Of a DNA stretch of 64,000 nt, positions 50,177-58,720 are shown piece after piece. Origin of the DNA: Ruminococcus sp. (lineage in GTDB: Bacteria; Bacillota; Clostridia; Oscillospirales; Acutalibacteraceae); NCBI GenBank assembly GCA_051880895.1, contig JBJEOV010000087.1:32135-96134 (forward strand), in the 5' to 3' direction. The translations under genes were made by a program, and so were the position numbers. Below the pieces are notes generated by a model. That model was given only the letters and a program-made list of their open reading frames with translations, did no database searches and had not been told where the DNA came from. Each line of letters opens with the position of its first letter. The stretch's first letter is position 1.

Positions 50177-50324
50177 AAAAGAAAAAAGCGTTGTCTTATC
50201 TGAGAATGTGTAAGCCGCAATTCTACGCATTTTTCCTTCCTGCTTTGCACAGTCTGTACTCGTTCACCCTCATCAGATACATTAACGCCTTTGTTATTCA
50301 ATATTTACCGTTTTTATATGAATT
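50177..50324 (-). ncRNA. Candidate small RNA forming a long imperfect hairpin
   Basis: TTTACA-17-TATAAT extended promoter at 50359-50331; AAAGGCGUU/AACGCUUUU and UAUCUGA/UCAGAUA stems; ends in a U-run. Confidence 0.5.
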
Positions 50325-50444
50325 AACTGTATTATAACACATTTTTCATTCTGTGTAAATTGCCTGAGCGAAAAAAATATGAAATTTTGCCTGTTGAGTA
50401 TATATTTAAAACAATATAAGCATAAAAATAATTTTATTTTTGTA

Positions 50445-50507
50445 TAGACAACAGAAAGAAATAATAATATAATAAATATTGACTGTAGTACGGATTTAGT
50501 ACGGATT
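50445..50507 (+). promoter_or_regulatory. purF promoter plus tandem 11-bp repeat resembling PurBoxes
   Basis: TAGACA-17-TATAAT; TAGTACGGATT twice at 50486-50507. Confidence 0.5.
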
Positions 50508-50541
50508 GTATTTTGCAGAAAGAATTAAAAAGGAGAAGATT

Positions 50542-51951
50542 ATGGGCGGATATATGGGAGTAGCAGCAAAGGAAGACTGCGTTTTTGATTTGTATTTCGG
50601 TATTGACTATCACTCTCACCTCGGTACAAGAAGAGGCGGTATGGTAGTTTATGACGATGAAAAAGGCTTTGACAGGTCAATTCATAATATTGAAAATGCC
50701 CCTTTCAGAACAAAGTTTGATAAGGATATGCAGAATATGAAGGGCAGACTCGGCATCGGCTGTATTTCCGACTATGAGCCGCAGCCGCTTATGGTGCGTT
50801 CGCATCACGGCACATATGCCATTACAACCGTAAGTAAGATTAACAATACGGACGAGCTTGTCAAAGAGGTTTTTACGGCAGGCAATTCACATTTTCTTGA
50901 AATGAGCGGCGGGGATATTAACCCGACTGAGCTTGTTGCAACATTAATCAATCAAAAGGAAAATCTTGTTGACGGCATTAATTATGCCCTTGAAAAAATA
51001 GACGGCTCGCTCTCGCTTTTGCTTATGAACAAAAACGGCATTTATTGCGCAAGAGATAAGTACGGCAGAACTCCTATTGCCATAGGCAAAAAGGAAGACG
51101 CTTTTTGTGCGGCTTTTGAAAGCTTTTCTTACAAAAACCTCGGCTACAGCAACTACAAGGAGCTTGGTCCAGGCGAAATTGCAGTAATAACAGATAAAAA
51201 CTGCGTCACACTTAAGCAGCCCGGCAAGGATATGAAGATTTGCACCTTCCTCTGGGTGTATTACGGCTATCCCGCAAGCTCATATGAGGGTATGAGCGTT
51301 GAGCAGATGCGTTATCTTTGCGGCGCAAAAATGGCTGAAAGAGATAATGTAAAGCCTGATGTTGTTGCAGGCGTGCCTGACTCGGGTATTGCCCACGCAG
51401 TAGGCTATGCAAATGCCTCGGGAATTCCGTTCTCAAGGCCGTTTATTAAATATACTCCCACATGGCCGAGGTCGTTTATGCCGACAATCCAGAGCCAGCG
51501 CAACCTTATTGCTAAAATGAAGCTGCTTGCCGTTGAGGATTTAATAAGAGATAAAAGCCTGCTTCTGATTGACGATTCAATCGTGCGTGGTACTCAGCTC
51601 AGGGAAACAACAGAGTATCTTTTTGAAAGCGGCGCGAAGGAGGTTCATATAAGACCTGCGTGTCCTCCTCTTGTTTACGGCTGTAAGTATCTTAATTTCT
51701 CACGCTCGTCTTCTGAAATGGACCTTATAACAAGAAGAGTTATCGAAAGACTTGAAAACGGTAATGTTACCGATGAAGTCTTAAAGGAATATACCGATCC
51801 CGATTCGGAAAAGTATGAAAGAATGGTTGACGAGATTTGTAAGGAGCTTAAATTTACATCACTCCGCTTTAACCGTCTTGACGATATGCTTGATTCCTGC
51901 GGTATAGAAAAATGCAGGCTCTGCACCTATTGCTGGAACGGCGAGGAATAA
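50542..51951 (+). CDS. purF: Amidophosphoribosyltransferase, variant lacking the N-terminal catalytic Cys
   Basis: GVPDSG, LIDDSIVRGT, IRPACPP, CTYCW; starts MGGY behind an AAGGAG RBS. Confidence 0.9.
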   Translation: MGGYMGVAAKEDCVFDLYFGIDYHSHLGTRRGGMVVYDDEKGFDRSIHNIENAPFRTKFDKDMQNMKGRLGIGCISDYEPQPLMVRSHHGTYAITTVSKINNTDELVKEVFTAGNSHFLEMSGGDINPTELVATLINQKENLVDGINYALEKIDGSLSLLLMNKNGIYCARDKYGRTPIAIGKKEDAFCAAFESFSYKNLGYSNYKELGPGEIAVITDKNCVTLKQPGKDMKICTFLWVYYGYPASSYEGMSVEQMRYLCGAKMAERDNVKPDVVAGVPDSGIAHAVGYANASGIPFSRPFIKYTPTWPRSFMPTIQSQRNLIAKMKLLAVEDLIRDKSLLLIDDSIVRGTQLRETTEYLFESGAKEVHIRPACPPLVYGCKYLNFSRSSSEMDLITRRVIERLENGNVTDEVLKEYTDPDSEKYERMVDEICKELKFTSLRFNRLDDMLDSCGIEKCRLCTYCWNGEE

Positions 51952-51964
51952 TTCTGGATTAGTC

Positions 51965-51990
51965 AAAAGGGCAGTTTGTACTGCCTTTTT
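51965..51990 (+). terminator. Terminator after purF
   Basis: AAGGGCAG/CTGCCTTT stem plus T-run. Confidence 0.7.
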
Positions 51991-52023
51991 GTGTTTGAAG
52001 TATTCTTTTGATAAGATAAACTG

Positions 52024-52202
52024 AAATTTAGTGTGGAATTTGGAGTGTGGAGTGTTTAGTTAATTGAAATAGTGCGTGTTGTTTGGGTAGTTTTGATTGT
52101 TGAATTGATTTTGATATATTGCAGCGTTATAGCGAACACAGTTCGCCGCACAAAACTGAAAACTCCACACTCCACACTCCAAACTCCAAACTCAAATAAA
52201 TT
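52024..52202. repeat. Heptamer-array palindrome (family 2, copy B) enclosing a REP-like hairpin
   Basis: aaatttagtgtggaatttggagtgtggagtgt... and (actccac)2(actccaa)2...aaatt arms; GCGAAC-ACA-GTTCGC at 52132-52146. Confidence 0.65.
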
Positions 52203-52259
52203 ATAGTTTTCACAATCTGAGCGGATATTTTTATCAAAATAAATTTTACGGAGTTAAAA

Positions 52260-53003
52260 ATGGGTGGAAAAAATTTAATAAAATCTAATCGAAGGATTAT
52301 TGCCGAGGGTATTCGTGACGGAATACCGATAGGGCTCGGTTACCTTGCGGTATCGTTTTCACTGGGAATAGCGGCAAAAAACGCAGGACTTACAGCCTTT
52401 CAGAGCTTTCTGGCAAGCCTGCTGTGCAACGCCTCCGCAGGCGAATACTCGGGATTTACCGTAATTGCGGCTGACTCGGCTTATTTTGAAATGGCAGTAG
52501 TAACGCTTGTGGCAAATGCAAGGTATCTTTTAATGAGCTGTGCGCTGAGCCAGAGGATAAAAAGCGGTACTTCGCTGATACACAGACTATTGCTCGGCTT
52601 TTACATAACCGACGAATTTTTCGGAATTACAATATCAAGAAAAGGGAGCGTAAATCCTTATTATACATACGGAGCAATACTCTTTGCCGCACCCTGCTGG
52701 GCGGTCGGCACGGCTCTCGGCACGATAGCCGGAAATCTTCTTCCGCTCAGAGTGGTAAGCGCATTAAGCGTTGCTCTCTTCGGAATGTTCCTCGCTATTA
52801 TTGTGCCGCCGACAAAAGGAAATAAATCGCTTATGGGGGTAATTGTGCTCAGCTTTCTGGCAAGCCTTGCCTTTGCGTATCTGCCTGTGATAAGCGAGCT
52901 TTCAGAGGGTACGAGAACAATTATTCTCACCGTTGCCATATCTGCCGCCGCAGCGTTGCTTTTCCCTGTAAAAGAACAGGAGGGTGACGAAAATGACGCA
53001 TAA
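52260..53003 (+). CDS. azlC: AzlC branched-chain amino acid exporter
   Basis: GIPIGLGYLAVSFSLG, ASAGEY, NARYLLMS, ITDEFFG. Confidence 0.88.
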   Translation: MGGKNLIKSNRRIIAEGIRDGIPIGLGYLAVSFSLGIAAKNAGLTAFQSFLASLLCNASAGEYSGFTVIAADSAYFEMAVVTLVANARYLLMSCALSQRIKSGTSLIHRLLLGFYITDEFFGITISRKGSVNPYYTYGAILFAAPCWAVGTALGTIAGNLLPLRVVSALSVALFGMFLAIIVPPTKGNKSLMGVIVLSFLASLAFAYLPVISELSEGTRTIILTVAISAAAALLFPVKEQEGDENDA

Positions 53004-53301
53004 TCCTTATATCTACATTCTGATAATGGCAGGAGTTACCTTTGCTGTCAGAGTTCTGCCGCTTACGCTTGTAAAAAAGCAGTTTACAAACCGTTTTGTA
53101 AAATCGTTTCTTTACTATGTGCCGTATGTAACCCTTTCGGTTATGACCTTTCCTGCCATAATAAATGCAACGCAAAGTCCGATAGCCGGCGCAATAGCCT
53201 TTGCGGCAGGTCTTGTTGCGGCGTGGTTTGACGCCGGACTGTTCAGGGTTTCGGTTATCTGCTGCGTTCTCGTTTTTGTATGTGAATTTATACTGTGCTG
53301 A
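52993..53301 (+). CDS. azlD: AzlD partner
   Basis: MAGVTFAVRVLP, FLYYVPY; overlaps the azlC stop. Confidence 0.85.
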   Translation: MTHNPYIYILIMAGVTFAVRVLPLTLVKKQFTNRFVKSFLYYVPYVTLSVMTFPAIINATQSPIAGAIAFAAGLVAAWFDAGLFRVSVICCVLVFVCEFILC

Positions 53302-53566
53302 AAATGCAGGCTCGGACTTTACAAATTGCATTTTGTAAAAATGTAATTAAGCTCCGAGCCTTTTTATTTTACAGATAACAACTTGAAATCAGATAAATTT
53401 ACCGCTTTAATTCGATAAAGGAATTGTATTTTGCAAACTTATAAAAATTGGTACAAAATACACCTTTATGTACCAATAATCTCACTTTAATTGTTGACAA
53501 ATCACGATAATGAGTATAATATATACATATAAGAGAATTTGCCTGCTATGAAAGGAAGTAATATAT

Positions 53567-54592
53567 ATGGAAAAACAGCATATTGATTGGGCAAATATCG
53601 GCTTTGGCTATATGCCTACCGGTGAAAGATTTGTAGCTAATTACAAGGACGGCAAGTGGGACAGCGGTGCAATGACAACTGACGCAACAATCACAATGAG
53701 TGAATGCGCAGGCGTTTTGCAGTATGCTCAGACTTGCTTTGAGGGCTTAAAGGCTTATACAACTCAGGACGGAAAAATCGTTGTTTTCAGACCTGACCTT
53801 AACGCAGCGAGAATGGCAGATACCTGCAAAAGACTTGAAATGCCTGTCCTTCCCGATAATATGTTTGTTGACGCAGTATGCAAGGTTGTAAAGGCTAACA
53901 CAGACTATGTTCCGCCGTACGGCTCAGGCGCAACACTGTATCTTCGTCCGTTTATGTTCGGTATCGGACCTGTTATCGGTGTTAAGCCATCAGACGAATA
54001 TCAGTTCAGACTTTTTGCAACTCCCGTAGGTCCTTACTTCAAGGGCGGCGCAAAGCCGATTACAATCAAGGTTTCCGACTTTGACAGAGCTGCACCTCAC
54101 GGCACAGGTCACATCAAGGCTGGTCTTAACTACGCAATGAGCCTCCACGCAATCGTAACGGCTCACAACGAGGGCTTTGCCGAGAATATGTATCTTGACG
54201 CCGCTACACGCACAAAGGTTGAGGAAACAGGCGGTGCAAACTTTATCTTCGTTACAAAGGACAATAAGGTTGTTACCCCTAAGTCAAGCAGCATTCTTCC
54301 GTCAATCACACGCCGTTCTCTGATGTATGTTGCAAAGGAGTATCTCGGTTTGGAGGTTGAGGAAAGAGAGGTTTACTTTGACGAGGTCAAGGATTTTGCA
54401 GAGTGCGGACTTTGCGGTACAGCCGCAGTTATCTCGCCTGTTGGCAAGATTAACGACCACGGCAAGGAGATTTGTTTCCCGAGCGGTATGGAAGAAATGG
54501 GTCCTGTTACAAAGAAGCTCTACGATACTCTTACAGGTATTCAGATGGGCAGAATTGAAGCTCCAAAGGGCTGGATAAAGGTAATTGAATAA
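53567..54592 (+). CDS. ilvE: Branched-chain amino acid aminotransferase
   Basis: LQYAQTCFEGLKAY, LYLRPF, KAGLNYA, EETGGAN, ILPSITR, GTAAVISP. Confidence 0.93.
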   Translation: MEKQHIDWANIGFGYMPTGERFVANYKDGKWDSGAMTTDATITMSECAGVLQYAQTCFEGLKAYTTQDGKIVVFRPDLNAARMADTCKRLEMPVLPDNMFVDAVCKVVKANTDYVPPYGSGATLYLRPFMFGIGPVIGVKPSDEYQFRLFATPVGPYFKGGAKPITIKVSDFDRAAPHGTGHIKAGLNYAMSLHAIVTAHNEGFAENMYLDAATRTKVEETGGANFIFVTKDNKVVTPKSSSILPSITRRSLMYVAKEYLGLEVEEREVYFDEVKDFAECGLCGTAAVISPVGKINDHGKEICFPSGMEEMGPVTKKLYDTLTGIQMGRIEAPKGWIKVIE

Positions 54593-54690
54593 TTACATAT
54601 TTTTATAATATTTTAGTGCCTGAGTTTTTCGCTCAGGCACTTTTTGCATACAAAAACAGTCCTCAAATCATAGCTGAGGACTGCTTTTTA

Positions 54691-54727
54691 GGAAACATTT
54701 ATTAAATCGTGATTTATTAGTATTTCC
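54691..54727. repeat. Ends-only relic of the MITE (37 bp)
   Basis: GGAAACATTTATTAAATCG joined to TGATTTATTAGTATTTCC; abuts the PAP2 gene stop codon. Confidence 0.65.
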
Positions 54728-55252
54728 TTAAATTATAAAAAATGAAAACCAGCCGTAAAGCAGGGAAATCAACATTCCGACTATTACATCGCTGATAAAA
54801 TGTACTCCCGAAAGCACCCTTGAAATCATAATAAGCACACTTATTATGAGATAAGCTATCCCGAGAGGAGTGCTGATGTAAAGAAAAGACATTGCAATAA
54901 TAAATGCAGAGGCGGTGTGCCTGCTCGGCATACTTTCACCCTTTTTATCCTTGCCGAATACCGAGGGAATACCGAATTTTTCATACGGCCGCTGTCGGTT
55001 GAAAATTTTTCTGAAAATCGTAATCACGGCAAACACCGTAAGCGGCGAAAGCGTAATTCTTGCAAAGACCTTAGCATCGGAAAAAAGCATAAATACCGTA
55101 AGCACACCGTAGGAAAAAAATACTGTAAACGGCAGAAAATTATAGCAGAATTTTAAAACTGAATTACAAGGCTTATTTCGCTTGAAGAAATTAACCATAT
55201 TTTCGTACATTTCAGCGTTTACGGCAATCACCCTCTTTATACTTCTTTCCAT
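54728..55252 (-). CDS. PAP2-family phosphatase
   Basis: RQRPY, SMPSRH, SRVLSGVHFISD. Confidence 0.85.
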   Translation of the reverse strand: MERSIKRVIAVNAEMYENMVNFFKRNKPCNSVLKFCYNFLPFTVFFSYGVLTVFMLFSDAKVFARITLSPLTVFAVITIFRKIFNRQRPYEKFGIPSVFGKDKKGESMPSRHTASAFIIAMSFLYISTPLGIAYLIISVLIMISRVLSGVHFISDVIVGMLISLLYGWFSFFII

Positions 55253-55268
55253 TATTCTATCACAATAA

Positions 55269-57101
55269 TCACACTATTTCAACATTGTATTTTTCAAACC
55301 AGTAATCAAGCTCAATTATATATGCAAGTATCTGCGGAGCTTTCATAAGCTGACCGTACCAGGGTGTGGTAATGCTGTCGGGGTTTTCAATTATTTTCAT
55401 TATTCCGTCCTTACTGAGAATTTCCGTGAGCTGATTTTTCTTTTGCAGAATATTTATAACACGCTCCTTGCAGATTTCAAAATAAACCGGATTGTGAGTT
55501 TTGGGGTAGGGACTCTTTTTTCGCCAGCAGATTTCACCGGGCAGAATGTCCTCAAAGGCTTTGCGCACAATTCCCTTTTCACGGTTGTTGTACGCTTTGA
55601 TTTTCCACGGCATATTGTAGGCGTATTCTGCAAGCCTGTAGTCGCAGAACGGCACACGCACCTCAAGACCGTTATACATAGAACAGCGGTCCTTGCGTTC
55701 GAGCAGACATTGCATAAACCAGTAAAAGTTCAGGTAGAACATTTCACGCATACGGGCGTCAGCTTCAGAGTCTGTTTTCAGCTTGGGCGCAAGGCGGATT
55801 GTATCAAGGTATTTCTGCCGTACATATTCCGCTCCCCTTGGCAGTACGCCGTCCCTGAGAATAGCGGCTCTTACCTCCTGACTTTTTGACCACGGAAAAT
55901 TATCCTCAAACAAAATATCCTTATTGTGATACCACGGATAACCGCCGAAAAGCTCGTCGGCACATTCGCCCGAGAGGGCAACGGTGTAGTCCTTTTTAAT
56001 TTCACCGCAGAACAGCAGTAGAGAGGAGTCAACATCAACATACCCCGGCAAATCTCTCGCAATAACGCTGTCATACAACGCATCTGCCACCGCCTTGTTG
56101 TCGAGTATTATTTCTCTGTGACGGCTGTCGGCATTGCGTGACATAAGAGAAATAAATTCATAGTCTGCGTTCGGCTGAAAAAGGCTCTTCTGAAAGTATT
56201 TTTCATTGTCACGGTATTCAACCGAATAGGTGTTGATTTTGCCGAGCTTGTTTTCCTTGTAGTACCTTGATGCGGTTTTTACAATAATACTGCTGTCAAG
56301 TCCCCCTGACAGGAAAAAGCAAAGCGGCATATCGCTCACAAGCTGGCGTTTGATTGCGTCTGTAAGCAGAAAGCGTGTTTTTTCAATGCTTTCCTCAATA
56401 CTGTCGGTATGCTCCATTGCCTGAATTGTAAAGTAGCTCATTTTGGTGAGCCTTTGGTTTTTATATACTGCCATTTCGCCCGGCTTTAATTCCTTTACAC
56501 CCTTGAAAACACCGCAGGACGGAGTTCGGGCAGGCCCTAAGAAGAATATTTCATACAGTCCGTTTTCGTCAATCTGAGGCTTTACTTTCTTGCTTGCAAG
56601 CAGAGCCTTTATTTCAGACGCAAAAATAATTCCGCCGTCATATTCATAATAAAACAACGGCTTAACCCCGATTTTATCACGGCATAAAAATATACTGTTT
56701 TCGCTCACATCATACACCGCAAAGGCAAAAATACCGTTGAGCATATCTGCACATTTTTCCCTGTATTTTATATATGCTTTCAGTACAACCTCGGTGTCGC
56801 TGTGACCTCTGAAATGAAAACCGCTTGCTTTCAAATCCTCTCTCAGCTCATCGGTGTTGTAAAGCTCGCCGTTATACACAATTACATATGTTTTTCCTCT
56901 GTGCCTTGCCGACATCGGCTGCTTGCCGTTTTCCTTGTCAATAACAACAAGCCGTCTGTGGAGCAGGGCGCAGCCTTTGTTGATGTAAAGACCGTTTTCG
57001 TCAGGCCCTCGTTTACTCAGAGCTTGCGACATCTCATACAGAACAGGGATTTGTCTGCTCATTTCAATTTCATTGTCAAACCAACCTGCAATACCGCACA
57101 T
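55269..57101 (-). CDS. asnB: Asparagine synthase (glutamine-hydrolyzing)
   Basis: MCGIAG, YNGELYN, RDKIGVKPL, LSGGLDSS, SGECADELFGGY, EVRVPF. Confidence 0.93.
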   Translation of the reverse strand: MCGIAGWFDNEIEMSRQIPVLYEMSQALSKRGPDENGLYINKGCALLHRRLVVIDKENGKQPMSARHRGKTYVIVYNGELYNTDELREDLKASGFHFRGHSDTEVVLKAYIKYREKCADMLNGIFAFAVYDVSENSIFLCRDKIGVKPLFYYEYDGGIIFASEIKALLASKKVKPQIDENGLYEIFFLGPARTPSCGVFKGVKELKPGEMAVYKNQRLTKMSYFTIQAMEHTDSIEESIEKTRFLLTDAIKRQLVSDMPLCFFLSGGLDSSIIVKTASRYYKENKLGKINTYSVEYRDNEKYFQKSLFQPNADYEFISLMSRNADSRHREIILDNKAVADALYDSVIARDLPGYVDVDSSLLLFCGEIKKDYTVALSGECADELFGGYPWYHNKDILFEDNFPWSKSQEVRAAILRDGVLPRGAEYVRQKYLDTIRLAPKLKTDSEADARMREMFYLNFYWFMQCLLERKDRCSMYNGLEVRVPFCDYRLAEYAYNMPWKIKAYNNREKGIVRKAFEDILPGEICWRKKSPYPKTHNPVYFEICKERVINILQKKNQLTEILSKDGIMKIIENPDSITTPWYGQLMKAPQILAYIIELDYWFEKYNVEIV

Positions 57102-57113
57102 AAGAAACCTCCG

Positions 57114-58181
57114 TTAATTGTTTCTGCTATTTTTTATTGAGAATAAAAAGCAAATCATAAGCAATGTAAGCGCAATTCCCGATAAAGCAGTACCGCCGTA
57201 AACCGAACTGCCCGTAACCGTACCAACCGAAAACACGCTCCTTGCGTCATAGAACATCAGCATACCAATATAGGTGAATAACGCAGTTATACACCCTTGC
57301 ATAATTCTGTAAAGGAAAAACTTTATTCTGCTTATTTTAAGACCTCCGAGTACGGAAAATATCTGAAAATGAACGCATATTCCGCCAAAGCCTGCAACAA
57401 AGGCAGTCGCCCATACGGGCATTTCGGCAGAAACCGCCTTTATTCCCGTGCATACCTCCAACGCTCCTAAAACAGCCGTTTTTACAAAGCTGTCTTTAAT
57501 TACAGCCGTCAGTATGCCTGCAACGGCAGAAAAAAATATGACAAACGAGCATATCGACAGCATACCCCCTGATGCGTCTGCCACCGACTCAACAAGTGCT
57601 TTTGTAAGGCTGAGCCTGATTTTTTTGCTTTCGCTTTTTTTCACAGATATTTTACCTCTGTTTATTATTCTATTCGCAATTCCGCTGATAATTACCGAAA
57701 AAATCTGCGAGCAAAGCATAATTGCGCCGATTTTTTTATCATTGTAAACCGACATTCCGATAAAGCTTATCATAAATCCCGGTCCTGCGCACACCATAAA
57801 CATACAGGCTCTTTTACATTCGTCTGTATCGGCATTTCCGCTTTTATACAGCTCACTGCAGCTTTTTGCGCCTACGGGATAACCGCCTGTTACGGAAAGC
57901 AGAAGTACGGGCGCAAAGCAGGGACTCAGTCCGAACACATACCTCATAATTTTTGCGAACGGTCTGCCGAGCGTATGCGAAATACCGCTTTTTACAATAA
58001 AGGAAGAAACTGCCATAAACGGAAAAAGCGAGGGAATAAGCACATTTATGCACATTTCAATTCCCGAAAGCGCACCGTCTGCACATTCCCTTGAAAAAAT
58101 CAGAAGCAGGGTGCATATAATAATTATTACAAGGGAAAGAAGTGCCGCCGTAAATCTGTGAAAATCTGCCTTTATAAACAT
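57114..58181 (-). CDS. ylbJ: YlbJ-like sporulation membrane protein; tracked extension to 58448 is MITE-derived
   Basis: LIPSLFPFM, GGYPVGA, PGF, GALEV..G, GFGGICVHFQ; GGTGA RBS before ATG 58181. Confidence 0.75.
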   Translation of the reverse strand: MFIKADFHRFTAALLSLVIIIICTLLLIFSRECADGALSGIEMCINVLIPSLFPFMAVSSFIVKSGISHTLGRPFAKIMRYVFGLSPCFAPVLLLSVTGGYPVGAKSCSELYKSGNADTDECKRACMFMVCAGPGFMISFIGMSVYNDKKIGAIMLCSQIFSVIISGIANRIINRGKISVKKSESKKIRLSLTKALVESVADASGGMLSICSFVIFFSAVAGILTAVIKDSFVKTAVLGALEVCTGIKAVSAEMPVWATAFVAGFGGICVHFQIFSVLGGLKISRIKFFLYRIMQGCITALFTYIGMLMFYDARSVFSVGTVTGSSVYGGTALSGIALTLLMICFLFSIKNSRNN

Positions 58182-58229
58182 AGCAATCACCATTAATATA
58201 TATGTAACACTCTGCATAAAAATAATTAT

Positions 58230-58401
58230 GGAAGCACTGATTAAATCGTTTGTGCATATTGCGCAGTCAGATTTTTTGTCAGGTTGCACAAACAAACCGC
58301 AGTAATGCTGACGCATTACGAGGATTTTTTGGGCAAGCTGGCGGAAAATATGCAAGCAAGATGTGCAAACAGCTTTTAAGCGTGATTTATTCAGTGGTTC
58401 C
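58230..58401 (-). mobile_element. MITE-like repeat copy 7 (172 bp, inverted) between divergent ylbJ and yqfC
   Basis: Degenerate ends; ATTAT duplicated on both sides (5 bp). Confidence 0.85.
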
Positions 58402-58433
58402 ATTATAATGCTTTGTATTGGGAGAGATATATT

Positions 58434-58706
58434 TTGCAGAGGAAACACGATAAGCCGAAAAGTCAGTCGGCAGGCTCAATGGCTCTTGATTTGAACTCAG
58501 CCTTGCCAACGCTTGATATGCTCGGCAACAGAAGAATAACTATAGAAGGCTCAACGGGTGTGCTCAGATATGAAAGCGAAAACATTAAAATAAACACGAG
58601 CAAAATGGTAGTGTCTGTGTGCGGCAGAGGGCTTACCGTAAAGTGTATTTCTGCTTATGATGTTGTAATCGAGGGCTTTATAACGGGAATTGATTTTATT
58701 ACATAA
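58434..58706 (+). CDS. yqfC: YabP/YqfC-family sporulation protein
   Basis: ITIEGSTGVLRY, V.V.G..L, I.G.I..I pattern; directly before yqfD; TTG start behind GGGAG. Confidence 0.7.
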   Translation: MQRKHDKPKSQSAGSMALDLNSALPTLDMLGNRRITIEGSTGVLRYESENIKINTSKMVVSVCGRGLTVKCISAYDVVIEGFITGIDFIT

Positions 58707-58720
58707 AGCGAGGCGTTGAT

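Noticed and set aside
50250-50280. Hammerhead-like CUGAUGA in the candidate sRNA
   Set aside because: No properly placed stem II and GAAA core, and no cleavage-site helix arrangement.
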